Assembly (NCBI GenBank): GCA_965644495.1
Contig: CBFFSA010000031.1
Location: forward strand, 1 to 64,000
Direction of reading: 5' to 3'
DNA: 64,000 nt
From: Perkinsela sp. CCAP 1560/9
Taxonomy: Eukaryota; Protista; Euglenozoa: Kinetoplastea
Shown: positions 11,363 through 21,875 of the stretch, piece after piece
Layout: each line of letters begins with the position of its first letter
Position numbering within the stretch: the stretch's first letter is position 1
Program-made: the position numbers and the translations under genes
Notes under the pieces: generated by a model
The model's database searches: none
What the model was told of the DNA's origin: nothing
The model's input: only the letters and a program-made list of their open reading frames with translations

Positions 11363-11535
11363 CTTTTTTTTCATATGAATACGATCTCCATGCGAAGCGA
11401 TCGAAACATGTTAGAACCCAATAAGTAAAACCTATAAATTTACGATTTTGTATGTTGGAGATAATACATCCTTACACTAAATGGTAAGATTTTCTTGATA
11501 AAGAAACTCGCGAAATGCAAAAGTTTTTGTTGAAT
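11363..11535. repeat. Copy of the 3' terminal region of the DIRS-type element at 39978-43477
   Basis: Matches about 40160-40329. Confidence 0.85.
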
Positions 11536-11648
11536 TTTTTTTTTTTTTTTTTTTTTTAACAATTTTTTTTTTGGGTATCAACTTAACTTCCAGCCCCCCA
11601 CAGATAACCAATTCGAACGTCATTTTTTTTTTTTTTTTTTTTTTTTTT

Positions 11649-11885
11649 ATGTATGGAGTCCAACTTTTCCACAATTTCCACACTTACGGCCCTTCACTTT
11701 CCCTTACTCCCCATACTTTCCACACCTACTCCTCTTAGCCCTCTCGTACTTCCCTTCCCCCACTCCCTACCCCACTCACCGATCCGCATGCACCCAGGCC
11801 CGTATGGTCCTGCACCTCCGCTCCCACCCCGTTAGCAGTAATAAATACTTTTGGTTGCCGTACGAGGGTGGGAGACGTGGAGGCG
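11649..11885 (-). mobile_element. Short poly(A)-tailed SINE-like or 3'UTR-only retrocopy
   Basis: Lies between two T-tracts. Hairpin CCTCCGCTCCCACCCCG...CGAGGGTGGGAGACGTGGAGG is shared with 15519-15839. Confidence 0.55.
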
Positions 11886-12070
11886 TTTTTTTTTTTTTTT
11901 TTTTTTTTTTATGAATTTAAAACAAGCAATCAAATTAGCAATTCTTTTCATTTCCACAGAAGTATATTTTCTTTTTCTTTTTTCTCAGCCCAAAACTAGC
12001 AATTCAATCTCCCCTAAGTATATACGACAAATAAGACACAGTAAAAATAAAAACAAGCAATCCAGACCCA

Positions 12071-12330
12071 ATCCATTCGCGCGTTCCGGACCGGATCTTT
12101 CGACCACTCCACGGCCTGACTTGTGAACCCTTCCCTTGCTATACGGGAGGGCGCAGGCGCGGGCCTGTGTCGACAGCGACACGGTCACGAAACAGGATGC
12201 TGGCCGACGGGGAGGAGATTCACTACCCGTGTACTACCTCACTTGGGGTACCTAGCCCTCGCGGGCTAGGCGTGAGTATAGACTCTGTCGACTCGACCAG
12301 CATCCCGACCAGCTCTTCATGGGCGCAAAC
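12071..12330 (-). ncRNA. Conserved structured RNA in the CRE-A 3'UTR (also at 15204-15450, 16126-16385, 16521-16780, 17917-18180; divergent at 31781-31900)
   Basis: Long stem GGATGCTGGTCGA/TCGGCCAGCATCC, hairpins GCCTAGCCC-GCGA-GGGCTAGGT and GGTC-GAAA-GACC on the minus strand, with compensatory changes between copies. Confidence 0.6.
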
Positions 12331-12373
12331 GTGTTCCCGTGCCAAAAGGGGCGCGGTCGACGCTTACGAACGT

Positions 12374-14890
12374 TTACACCTCCGTAGGAGAGAGCGGATC
12401 CTCAGGAAGTAAACGAGTAACCATCATGCGCGCCTGAAGGCGCATGAGGGTGACGTTCAGCTCCGTAAAGATTCTGCTCGTGGCTTCCCCCTCTGTCAAT
12501 AACCCACACGAGGCATGTGAGAGACGTTCCCCAACTTTGCGGATCACTGCTGAAGCACTGGGGCTCCAGGCGCCATAGCTTTCGACCACCATGGCCGTAA
12601 AGTCACACCCGGCGTCAACGGCTTCCCGGCGCTGCCTACCCTTCTCCATGGAGGAATAATGCTCGGCAAACGACCCCGCGGTTACCCAGCTAGCGTTCCG
12701 GACTTTGTCCGTATATTTTAGTTGCTGAGCATGGGTGACCGCGAAGTCAAGCACGATGGGATTCCCCAAGAAAAGACTGCGCAGGTATACGTCGCCAGGT
12801 CTGGTGAGGCCCCCCCCTGGGCCTCTGTTGCCAAGACTTTTCTCCCGTTGTGGGGCCAGTTTGGCTCTGCTGCAAAGGTCCGTGAAGTGATCTGCCACGG
12901 CATTGTGCCTCGCGATAATTCCGTTGTCGTGCTTGCAAGACAATGCGTGGTCCCCTTTTGTGTCGAGTGGAAGAGGGCATTTCGGCATAGGACACTTCCC
13001 TTCTTCAGGGTAAACATCGATCCCTAACCACCAACGGGCCAAGGTTCGAAATGCTGTAGGGGTAAAGGAATACCCCATGTCCTTAGACGGGGTTACAAAA
13101 GCCCAGCTGCTTGCCCCTTTACCGCACTGAGATATCCATCGTGCTCGTGTCCGCACATCTGACATTTCGTATGATTGGGAGAAATCGTGGGCCGCGATCG
13201 CGTAGCTGATGTCTCGCTGGCGAGGGATCTTCCCTTTCAACCATTGCGGGGGGGTCGTATCAGCACAATCCTCCGAGGCGTACAGCGGTGTAGAAAAGTG
13301 TATTTCCTCAGGTGTATGCATGGTGCGGGAAGTTATGCGCAGGGGTAGGCAGATCTCCGAGGGAGGCTGATCGATGACACCTAGGGGGCGTTTCCTCTTT
13401 CTATGGGAGAAAGGGCTGCCAACTGCTTTTTCGCAAGGGGCGTTCGGCGCTGTGAGGATACGGCCTCGCGAGTCAAGTAAAGATATTCCGGCCTTCTTGT
13501 TGATATCCCTGACAGCTTCCGCGAATCCATCTGCGTCAGTGGGGTTCCATGAGTCTCTGGCCGCACAGAAAGCGACGGAAGATACGTAGGCGGCCGTGGC
13601 GTGCAACGCTGCGGACCTTAATCCAAAACCGCCGTGCCGCTTCAAACGCTGTACCTGAGATCGCGCGTGGCGATCCAGGGGGCAAATTATTGCTTCGGTA
13701 GCAGTCATAAGAAAGCCGTCGAGTCGGGTGCATAGATGGGTTATGGCTTGGGGCGGTGTACTTCTCAGAGCGTACACCATCTTGCAAAACCCAGCACACT
13801 GTCTGATAAGGGCAAGTGCGACCTGTGGGTCCCGGATGGTGGCTATCGCGTCAAGCGTGTCCTCCGCGGGGCCTATGGCATGTGTCTCGAGGTACTCTGA
13901 GCAATGTTCTGGCGATCCCACCGGGCTCCCAAGGATGTCGAAATTGCCGTGGACATTGATCTTATTGGAGGGGATATCTGGAAATTCGGAGGCGTGGTGT
14001 GCCGATGCCGGGGGTGTAACGATCTCACATTTAGACATGTTAAGATGTAAACCCCATTGTGGACCTACTCGGGCAATCGTGTCGAGGGCGTTCCTAACGT
14101 CTTGCGCTTGTCCAATGAGGACGCCGTCATCGAGGTACCATAACTGGGCAAAGAGGTTAGCCTGAAGAGCAATTGCTTCTGCGAGCGCTAAGGACACTAG
14201 CGAGAAGAGTAGCGGTCCTAAAGGGTCGCCCTGTTGCACTCCCTCTTCAGAAGAAAGTGATCGGAGTCCATAGGTGAGGGAGCTGGGGTTCGAGTAACAC
14301 CAGCTTATCCATGGGAATAGCTCTGGGAAGTGCTCTTGGACTAGAGGAAGAAAACAAGTCCTGCTCACGTTGTTGAAAGCGTTCCGTAGGTCAACTTTGC
14401 AGAGTACAAAGTTGGAGCAGTCCATGTTTGATGAGATGGCCAAGCGGCACATGTGGATAATGCGTTCATTCCCAGCTGGGGTAGCCACACCAAATTGCCG
14501 TCCTGCAAAAAGAGTTCTAGCCTTGGACCTGACTGCGTTGCATGCAGCCTTGCTCACTAACCGTCGCAAAGTTTCCCCGGCGGCAATTGGGCGAACGTCG
14601 TTTTCACCTTTCTCTAGGGCACACAGTCGGGCTCCCGCAAAGTGACTCTGTACTTCCTTTGGTGCTTTTCCTGCGAGGAGATGATTAGCGAGCTTCGTAA
14701 GGGATTCGAGTGGGTCTGTGTTCTTGCCTCCGTGGGTAAGGAGCGCTGCCTGTAAATGCTCGGGGCGTAATCCCAAGGTACCCGCGGAGGAGCCTCTGTG
14801 AAAGCCCTTGATTGCCTTCGCGATTTCAGATTCATCCAACTCCAGGGGCTCTGCTGCGGGGAAAAAGTTGGCGGCCCCCGGAACGAGCAA
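12374..14890 (-). CDS. CRE-A RT, CCHC and restriction-like endonuclease (N-terminally truncated)
   Basis: VDLRNAFN, GVQQGDPLGPLLF, WYLDDG, CPMPKC...HALSC, RHNAV, RPGDV...DFAV. Confidence 0.9.
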   Translation of the reverse strand: MLVPGAANFFPAAEPLELDESEIAKAIKGFHRGSSAGTLGLRPEHLQAALLTHGGKNTDPLESLTKLANHLLAGKAPKEVQSHFAGARLCALEKGENDVRPIAAGETLRRLVSKAACNAVRSKARTLFAGRQFGVATPAGNERIIHMCRLAISSNMDCSNFVLCKVDLRNAFNNVSRTCFLPLVQEHFPELFPWISWCYSNPSSLTYGLRSLSSEEGVQQGDPLGPLLFSLVSLALAEAIALQANLFAQLWYLDDGVLIGQAQDVRNALDTIARVGPQWGLHLNMSKCEIVTPPASAHHASEFPDIPSNKINVHGNFDILGSPVGSPEHCSEYLETHAIGPAEDTLDAIATIRDPQVALALIRQCAGFCKMVYALRSTPPQAITHLCTRLDGFLMTATEAIICPLDRHARSQVQRLKRHGGFGLRSAALHATAAYVSSVAFCAARDSWNPTDADGFAEAVRDINKKAGISLLDSRGRILTAPNAPCEKAVGSPFSHRKRKRPLGVIDQPPSEICLPLRITSRTMHTPEEIHFSTPLYASEDCADTTPPQWLKGKIPRQRDISYAIAAHDFSQSYEMSDVRTRARWISQCGKGASSWAFVTPSKDMGYSFTPTAFRTLARWWLGIDVYPEEGKCPMPKCPLPLDTKGDHALSCKHDNGIIARHNAVADHFTDLCSRAKLAPQREKSLGNRGPGGGLTRPGDVYLRSLFLGNPIVLDFAVTHAQQLKYTDKVRNASWVTAGSFAEHYSSMEKGRQRREAVDAGCDFTAMVVESYGAWSPSASAVIRKVGERLSHASCGLLTEGEATSRIFTELNVTLMRLQARMMVTRLLPEDPLSPTEV

Positions 14891-14940
14891 ACGGCAGGGG
14901 TGCTTTTCTTGTAATTTAGAGAATGTGTCGTCGTCGTCCG

Positions 14941-15493
14941 TTTTTTTTTTTTTTTTTTTTTTTTTTATAGGGGGGGAAGAGTACGAGTTCTAATTTTATA
15001 TATGTATGTACGGTATGACTTTCTCACTTACTTTCCTACTTGCTCAACTTCTTTCCCTCACTTACCCCCATTTTGAAAACCAGCAAAATATATAACTAGC
15101 AAATACATGCTTTCCCATCTTACCCACTTCCCCTTACCAATCTTACCAGCTTTCCAGGGAGGGTAAGGTCTCCCTCGGTTAGGAGGGGCAGACTTTTCCC
15201 GAACCATTCGCGCGTTCCGGACCGGGTCTTTCGACCTCTCCCAGCTTACCTTGTTAACCCTTCTCTTGTTGTACGAGAGGGCGCAAGCAATGGGCCTGTG
15301 CCGACAGCGGCACGGTCGCGGAGCATGATGCTGGCCGACGGGGAGGAACAAAGTTCCCTACCCATGTCCTACCTCACTTGGAGTACCTAGCCCTGGCGGA
15401 CTAGGCGTGAGCATAGACCCTGCCGGCATCGACCAGCATCCGGACCAGCTGTTCGAGTTCCGGCTGAGCGGCCCATAAGGGCTGAGCGGCCCA
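14941..15493 (-). mobile_element. CRE-A 3'UTR-only retrocopy with poly(A)
   Basis: Similar to 17740-18180. A 15-nt tandem duplication GGCTGAGCGGCCCAT marks its 5' junction. Confidence 0.8.
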
Positions 15494-15835
15494 TTTTTTT
15501 TTTTTTTTTTTTTTTTTTCCGCACACTTTCCCCACTTCACCGTACTTACTCCCCACTTTCCACACTTTCCCTTAACCCTCTCATCCATCCCCGTCCTTAC
15601 CCCCTACCCTATACCAACTCGTCCGCGCGGGCGCCCATGTGGTCCAGGACCTCCGCTCCCACCCCGTTAGCAGTATAAGATACTTTGTGTTGCTGTACGA
15701 GGGTGGGAGATATGGAGGTGACCTCCGCTCCCACCCCGTTAGCAGTATCAGATACTTTGTGTTGCTGTACGAGGGTGGGAGACGTGGAGGTGACGAAGCG
15801 CAAAGACGCCGTCGCGCCAAGGGCAAAAAGCGGGA

Positions 15836-15839
<4 letters not shown>
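15494..15839 (-). mobile_element. Second SINE-like retrocopy with a 72-bp tandem duplication
   Basis: Units at 15648-15719 and 15720-15791; T25 tail; similar to 11649-11885. Confidence 0.6.
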
Positions 15840-15867
<28 letters not shown>

Positions 15868-15965
15868 GCAATTAATAAGGGGGGAGAAGTATGAATCGCG
15901 GCATTGCCTCTATATTTTGACCCAGTAGACGAACCAAGTACATAGTAGGTCCATTAGGGGGGTAT

Positions 15966-16387
15966 ATGAATTTAAAACAAGCAATCAAATTAGCAATTCT
16001 TTTCATTTCCACAGAAGTATATTTTCTTTTTCTTTTTTCTCAGCCCAAAACTAGCAATTCAATCTCCCCTAAGTATATACGACAAATAAGACACAGTAAA
16101 AATAAAAACAAGCAATCCAGACCCAATCCATTCGCGCGTTCCGGACCGGGTCTTTCGACCACTCCACGGCCTGACTTGTGAACCCTTCCCTTGCTATACG
16201 GGAGGGCGCAGGCGCGGGCCTGTGTCGACAGCGACACGGTCACGAAACAGGATGCTGGCCGACGGGGAGGAGATTCACTACCCGTGTACTACCTCACTTG
16301 GGGTACCTAGCCCTCGCGGGCTAGGCGTGAGTATAGACTCTGTCGACTCGACCAGCATCCCGACCAGCTCTTCATGGGCGCAAACGT
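15966..16387 (-). repeat. Near-identical copy of the 3'UTR at 11911-12332
   Basis: Direct sequence identity, with a single substitution seen in the ORF track. Confidence 0.9.
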
Positions 16388-17310
16388 AAAATTAGCAATT
16401 CTTTTTCTTTCCACAGATGTACCTTTTCTTTTTCTGAGCCCAAAACTAGCAATTTAAGCACCCCTAAGTATATACTACAAACAAGAAACAGTAAAAATTA
16501 AAACAAGCAATCTATGCCCAATCCATTCGCGCGTTCCGGACCGGGTCTTTCGACCTCACCACGGCCTGACTTGTGAACCCTTCCCTTGTTATATGGGAGG
16601 GCGCAGGTGCGGGCCTGTGTCGACAGCGACACGGTCGCGAAACAGGATGCTGGTCGACGGGGAGGAGATTCACTACCCGTGTACTACCTCACTTGGGGTA
16701 CCTAGCCCTCGCGGGCTAGGCGTGAGCATAGACTCTGTCGACCCGACCAGCATCCCGACCAGATGTTCATGGGCGCAAACGACCAGTTCGGAATGAATCC
16801 AGCCGGTCGTCATGTGTGACGAGTTGGCCAGTGGGATCTTCATCCGGGAGACGTCGGACCAACATCCGTGCCTGTGAACGCATGAGGGCTATGTTCATAC
16901 CCCTTATGAGTTGTGCTGCTGCCTGTGCATGGCTCAAAGTCCCATTAGAGGTTGAAGCTCGGTGTTTCCCGACGCTTTTTATGATGGTCAGGGCACTTTT
17001 GGACCAGGATCCAAAAGATTCTACAACCATCGCTTCAAAACGGTGACCAGCAGCGACAGCTTCTGCTCTCTCCGATATTTTATGTTCCGAGGCGTAGCGC
17101 TCGGCGAATGACCCCGCCTTTACCCATGTAGCAGTTCGGACTAAGTCCGTATATTTGTTTTGCTGGACATGTGTAACTGCGAAGTCAAGGACGAGAGCTG
17201 TGCCAAGGTCATAGTTTGGCAAGTAAACGTCACCTGGTCGTGTCAAGCCGCCTCCCGGACCATGATTTCCTAGCGTCTTTTCCCTCTGAGGAGCCAGCTG
17301 TGCCTTACTA
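16388..17310 (-). pseudogene. CRE-A 3' fragment (endonuclease domain plus 3'UTR)
   Basis: TRPGDVYLP...DFAVTH...MVVESFGSW; stop at 16767. Confidence 0.85.
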
Positions 17311-18216
17311 CACTCTTTTTTTTTTTTTTTACATTTTTTTTTTTTTGCGTACTCCTTGTGTCCCTGTGGTCTACGGTATCACTTTCTTACTTACTTTCCT
17401 GCTTACTTTACTTCGCCCTTATCAACTTCGCCCGCTTCTCTCCCTTATCTCCACCCCTCAAAGAAACCATCCGCGACTTTCCGACTTCACCCGCTTCTTT
17501 CCCTCACTTCCCCCCCCCCGAGCATCCATCCGCGCCTTCCAAACTTTGCCCTCCTCTTTCCCTCACTTCCCCCCAGAAATCAATCCGCGCGTGCTCCACC
17601 CCTTCTTCCAGCTTTTTTTTTTTTTTTTTTTTTTTTTTATACGATTTTTTACATATAAAAAATCCATTTATGAATAAATTTTCTTTTTGCCTTTGTAATC
17701 GAGTTTTTTTTTTTTTACTATATAAGAACTAGCAAACCAACTTTCCCACTTCCCAACCTTCTCACTTCCCAACTTTCCCACTTCCCAACTTTCCCACTTC
17801 CCCTTACCGAACTTCCACCTTTCCAGGGAGGGTAAGGTCTCCCTCTGCCTCGCCTCGCACCTACGCCACAAGAGGGTTTTTGATGATAAAGAAGGGGGGA
17901 GGCGAGGTCTTCTCCAATCCATTCGCGCTCCCATCTTCCTCATGCATGTTCCGAACCGGGTCTTTCGACCACTCCCAGCTTGCCTTGTTAACCCTTCTCT
18001 TGTTGTACGAGAGGGCGCAAGCAATGGGCCTGTGCCGACAGCGGCACGGTCGCTGAGCATGATGCTGGCCGACGGGGAGGAACAAAGTTCCCTACCCTTG
18101 TCCTACCTCACTTGGGGTACCTAGCCCTGACGGACTAGGCGTGAGCATAGACCCTGTCGGCACCGACCAGCATCCGGACCAGCGGTTTATGTCCCAGTGG
18201 GTATTCCCGAGATCCC

Positions 18217-21200
18217 TTAGGCCCCTTCCAGGGGAGCGTCAGGGTCACTGACGACTATCCTAGAGACCATCATCCGGGCCTGGGAGCGCATGAGAGCCAC
18301 GTTCAGCTCTTTGAGAAGGTCATTTCGGGCTTGAGTGTCTGTGAGTAGACCGTTTGACGCGTTTGCGCGTAACGCCCCCACCTTCCACAAAACAGCCATC
18401 GCGCTTTTACTCCAAGAGCCAAAGGATTCAACTACCATGGCCGTAAAAAGTAATTTCGCTTCCTCCGCTTCCTGGCGTTGTTTATCCTTCGTTGCTGAGT
18501 AGTGTTCAGCGAAAGATCCCGCAGCCACCCAGCTAGCATTCCGGACAGAGTCCAAATACTTTAGTTGCTGTGCGTGGGTGACTGCGAAGTCTAACACCAT
18601 ACCACTTCCCAGGGTGTAATTCGGGAGAAACACGTCAGAAGGTCTGGTGAGACCCCCTCTTGGACCACGATTTCCCAGGCTTTTCTCCCTTTGCGGAGCT
18701 ATGTCGGCTTTTCTGCAGAATGCTGTGAATTGCTCACAGACCGCGTTGTGACGGGTGATGAGGCCATGTCCGTTCTTACATAGCAATGCATGTTCCCCAT
18801 TTTTCTGCAGAGGTAATGTGCATCCCTTCGCTGGGCAAGGGCGATCTTCTTGATAGATGTCGGATCCCAGCCACCAGCGGGACAGCGTGCGGAACTCTGT
18901 TGGTGTGAAGGCGTATCCTTTGCTCCTAGAGGGCGTCACGAAAGCCCAGCTACCTGCTCCCTTACCCGACTCTGAAACCCACCGTGCGCGAGTGCGAGGG
19001 TCAGCCTGCTCGTATGCTGTGGTGAATTCCTGCTGTGAGATAGCCTGGCTGAGTTGCTGCTGTCGAGGGATGACCATCTCCGGCGCGGTTGCCCTGTCCG
19101 CTTCCATTTTGTTTTGAGTGCTCCGTGGGCGTTTCCTTTTCGGGAGGAAGTTGTGATGGTGGCCTGAGTATGGGAGTGGCTTGTCCTGCTTGGGTGTGCG
19201 CCCCGTGTTGGGATCCACTAGCGCTACTCCTGCTTTACGGTTTACGTCTTGTACCGAAATGGCGAATCCATCAGCCTCTGTAGGATCCCAGTCGTCTATG
19301 TCGGCGGCGTGCGCGACGGAAGAAACGTAAGCGGCTGTCGCGTGGAGTGTTGCAGACCTAAGGCCGAAACCTCCGTGGCGTTTCCTTCGTTGGATTTGGT
19401 CACGTGCGTGGGGTTCCAGGGGGAAAAGTGCCCACTCGACAGCTTTAAGAACGGTTTCGTCTAGTAGGCTACAAAGTTGAAAAAGAGCCTGGGGGGGTGT
19501 GGTGCGGAGAGCGTACACCATTTGGCAGAAGCCAGTGCACTGGCGGATGAGGGCGATGGCAACTTGTGGATCGCCTATTAGCCCTATTGCTGCGAGAGTC
19601 TCGCGTGCGGGTTCGATGGCGTGAGACATTAGGAACTCCGCGCAGTGCTCCGCAGACCCAATCGGGGATCCGAGAATATCGAAATTCCCGTCAACACGAA
19701 TTTTGGCGGTAGGTATTTCCGGAAATAAAGTCGTGTGATGGGCTGAGGCAGGTGGCGTTATTATTTCACACTTGTTCGGATTCAGAAATAGCCCGCATTG
19801 TGAACCAACCTCGGAAAAAACATCAAGCGCCTTTCGAACCTCCGCCGCCTCCCCCATGAGAACTCCGTCGTCCAAATACCATAGTTGCGAATCTAGGTTT
19901 GATCGGGATGATATTTCCTCGGTTACCCCAGAAAGGACTAGAGAGAAGAGAAGCGGACCCAATGGGTCACCTTGCTGGACGCCTTCGGCTGAGGATAGGA
20001 AGTGATTCCCGTAGGTAAGACAACTCGGGTTTGTGTAGCACCATTCCACCCAGGGTGAAAGTTCTGGAAAATTGAGACGTGTGAGCAAAGTGAAGACAGG
20101 CCTGCTGACGTTGTTGAACGCATTTCTGAGGTCTACCTTACAGAGAACAAGACTGTCGCTCCCCATGTTGTTTAGCATTGTTTTCTGGCACAGATGAATT
20201 ACTCGTTCGGCCCCCGCGGATGCAGCCACACCATACTGTCTTCCCCGGAATAAAGTTTCAGCCCTCTCCTTTACGGCGACGCATGCCGCTTTGCTTACTA
20301 GACGTCTGAGGGTTTCGCCTGCTGCTATGGGTCGGACATCTTCTTCACCTTTCTCCAGAGCGCAGAGACGGGCTCCAGCGTAGAACAGTTGTACCTCTGG
20401 CGGTGCCTTTCCTTGGAGCATGTGGTTCACGAGGCGAGTGAGGGACGAAAGAGGACCCACCTTCTTGTCGGCGTGTTCCAAAATGGCGGCCTGGATGTGT
20501 TCTGGACGTAGACCCATTGTTCCGGCAGAAGACCCTCTGCGAAAACTTTCGACCGCTTTCCTGACTTCCACTTCCTCCAGACGCAGGGGATTACCCTCAA
20601 TCGGTGGAAGATCGTTCTCAAGTGGGTTTTCGTGAGGATTTGGGTGCTTTTCTAGAAGCTTCGCAAGGGTCTCCTCGTTGTCCGGCGCCATGGGTGCTGC
20701 GGTTAGAGCGGCTATTCCCCTAGAGTATTCCCCTTGACGTGAGAGTATTTCTGCCCTGATTGCCGCTCTTTCTTCTTCATTTTCGGAACTTCTAGGCTTG
20801 GAGCGTTTTTTGGCGTGATCCTTTAGGGCCTGTTCCCAGAGCAAGAGGTACTCCCCTTCTAGCCAGAGTTCCATGCTTTTTTCCACGTATGTAGAGTATG
20901 ACGTGTGTCCTTTGCGACCGCCTCGGTAAGGTGCAGGTAAGACGCATTTAGGGAGCATTGCCAGTAACGTCCATGCCTCCACTGTGTTTTCTTGCACAGC
21001 AGATGTCATGACCTGTGTCAAAATGCTCGCCCATAGAAACCTACAGGAATGGGGGACATCTTTGCATGTGCTTATGGGCAGCGCGCAGATAGAGCTCAAC
21101 GTTGGTAGCATGTTTTCTGGAGGAATTTCAGTTGCATTTTCGAGACTTGTCGTTGGCCTAGGTGGGGTTTGAGATCGCACGGGGTGGTTACGGCCTTTGC

Positions 21201-21795
21201 ACTGTTTGGGGTGAGAATTCTCCTTGTTCTTATCGTAGTGCCCGCCGCAGTCCTTGCAAAGAAATCTTCCCTCCCCCTCCCACCAAGTGGTTGGTACGCT
21301 TTCTCCGTGTCGGTGGGCCACATGATTGTAAAATGCTTGCCATTGCCCACCGTGAGGAGGAGTCTTCCAAGTGCATCCTTCAGCTGGGCATACGCGCTGA
21401 GTACAGTGCTGCGGGATCGGTACCGGATTTATGTTCTTGCGCTTCGAGGCCTTGTTTGGAGAAGGTACTTGGGCGTCAAGAACCTCCGGTGTGTTTCTCG
21501 GGCTTGCTTCCACGACGAGGGAGTGATTCGTCTCTTCATCTTCCGTCATTCTTCCCGTGTCCGGCGTGGGAGCCTCTCCGGCGATCTTGGCGGCTCTTTT
21601 TGCCCAGTGTTTGGGGATATGTTTGGGAATCGGTGTTGTGTACAAGAGTTCATCGTAGGAGCTCTGACCGGGAATTAAATGTGCGTTTCCTGCAAATTGG
21701 TCCCAAGCACCCGTGTTGTGCGAAATTTCTTCCTGACGGAAAGAGTCGTCGTCCATGGGTACTGCATTCGCATCGAAGAGGTCGTCGTGTGGCAT
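18217..21795 (-). CDS. Full-length intact CRE-A protein (zinc fingers, RT, CCHC, restriction-like endonuclease), 1192 aa
   Basis: CPAEGC...HVAHRH and CKDC...HPKQC fingers; VDLRNAFN, GVQQGDPLG, YLDD; CPAKGC...HALLC; RPSDV...DFAV. Confidence 0.92.
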   Translation of the reverse strand: MPHDDLFDANAVPMDDDSFRQEEISHNTGAWDQFAGNAHLIPGQSSYDELLYTTPIPKHIPKHWAKRAAKIAGEAPTPDTGRMTEDEETNHSLVVEASPRNTPEVLDAQVPSPNKASKRKNINPVPIPQHCTQRVCPAEGCTWKTPPHGGQWQAFYNHVAHRHGESVPTTWWEGEGRFLCKDCGGHYDKNKENSHPKQCKGRNHPVRSQTPPRPTTSLENATEIPPENMLPTLSSICALPISTCKDVPHSCRFLWASILTQVMTSAVQENTVEAWTLLAMLPKCVLPAPYRGGRKGHTSYSTYVEKSMELWLEGEYLLLWEQALKDHAKKRSKPRSSENEEERAAIRAEILSRQGEYSRGIAALTAAPMAPDNEETLAKLLEKHPNPHENPLENDLPPIEGNPLRLEEVEVRKAVESFRRGSSAGTMGLRPEHIQAAILEHADKKVGPLSSLTRLVNHMLQGKAPPEVQLFYAGARLCALEKGEEDVRPIAAGETLRRLVSKAACVAVKERAETLFRGRQYGVAASAGAERVIHLCQKTMLNNMGSDSLVLCKVDLRNAFNNVSRPVFTLLTRLNFPELSPWVEWCYTNPSCLTYGNHFLSSAEGVQQGDPLGPLLFSLVLSGVTEEISSRSNLDSQLWYLDDGVLMGEAAEVRKALDVFSEVGSQCGLFLNPNKCEIITPPASAHHTTLFPEIPTAKIRVDGNFDILGSPIGSAEHCAEFLMSHAIEPARETLAAIGLIGDPQVAIALIRQCTGFCQMVYALRTTPPQALFQLCSLLDETVLKAVEWALFPLEPHARDQIQRRKRHGGFGLRSATLHATAAYVSSVAHAADIDDWDPTEADGFAISVQDVNRKAGVALVDPNTGRTPKQDKPLPYSGHHHNFLPKRKRPRSTQNKMEADRATAPEMVIPRQQQLSQAISQQEFTTAYEQADPRTRARWVSESGKGAGSWAFVTPSRSKGYAFTPTEFRTLSRWWLGSDIYQEDRPCPAKGCTLPLQKNGEHALLCKNGHGLITRHNAVCEQFTAFCRKADIAPQREKSLGNRGPRGGLTRPSDVFLPNYTLGSGMVLDFAVTHAQQLKYLDSVRNASWVAAGSFAEHYSATKDKQRQEAEEAKLLFTAMVVESFGSWSKSAMAVLWKVGALRANASNGLLTDTQARNDLLKELNVALMRSQARMMVSRIVVSDPDAPLEGA

Positions 21796-21839
21796 GGTGA
21801 GACCCTGCTAGGGAAAATAGTGGGTTAATAAAAATAATT

Positions 21840-21875
21840 CAACAAGGTACAGAAACTGTATCTTTATCGTTACTT
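21840..21875 (-). other. Spliced-leader exon-like sequence at the 5' end of a retrocopied mRNA
   Basis: Minus strand AAGTAACGATAAAGATACAGTTTCTGTACCTTGTTG contains the kinetoplastid/diplonemid SL core ACAGTTTCTGTAC...TTG. It is not followed by GT and lies 44 nt before the ATG. Confidence 0.8.

Larger units (their letters stand above)
11886..14940 (-). mobile_element. CRE-clade element subfamily A, 5'-truncated, with structured 3'UTR and poly(A)
   Basis: T25 at 11886-11910, 3'UTR, then an ORF truncated at the next T-tract (14941). Confidence 0.9.

Noticed and set aside
12071-12330. HDV-like or hammerhead ribozyme in the 3'UTR
   Set aside because: GCGAATGG resembles the HDV J4/2 strand, but I could not build the nested double pseudoknot. 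No CUGANGA hammerhead core is present.
17730-17825. Telomeric repeats (GGGAAGT/GGGAAAGTT; also G-tracts at 184-258)
   Set aside because: The repeats are degenerate, internal and embedded in element UTRs, and are not TTAGGG arrays.
21840-21875. Functional SL RNA gene
   Set aside because: The exon is followed by AATT rather than a GT donor and SL intron, and there is no tandem SL unit.
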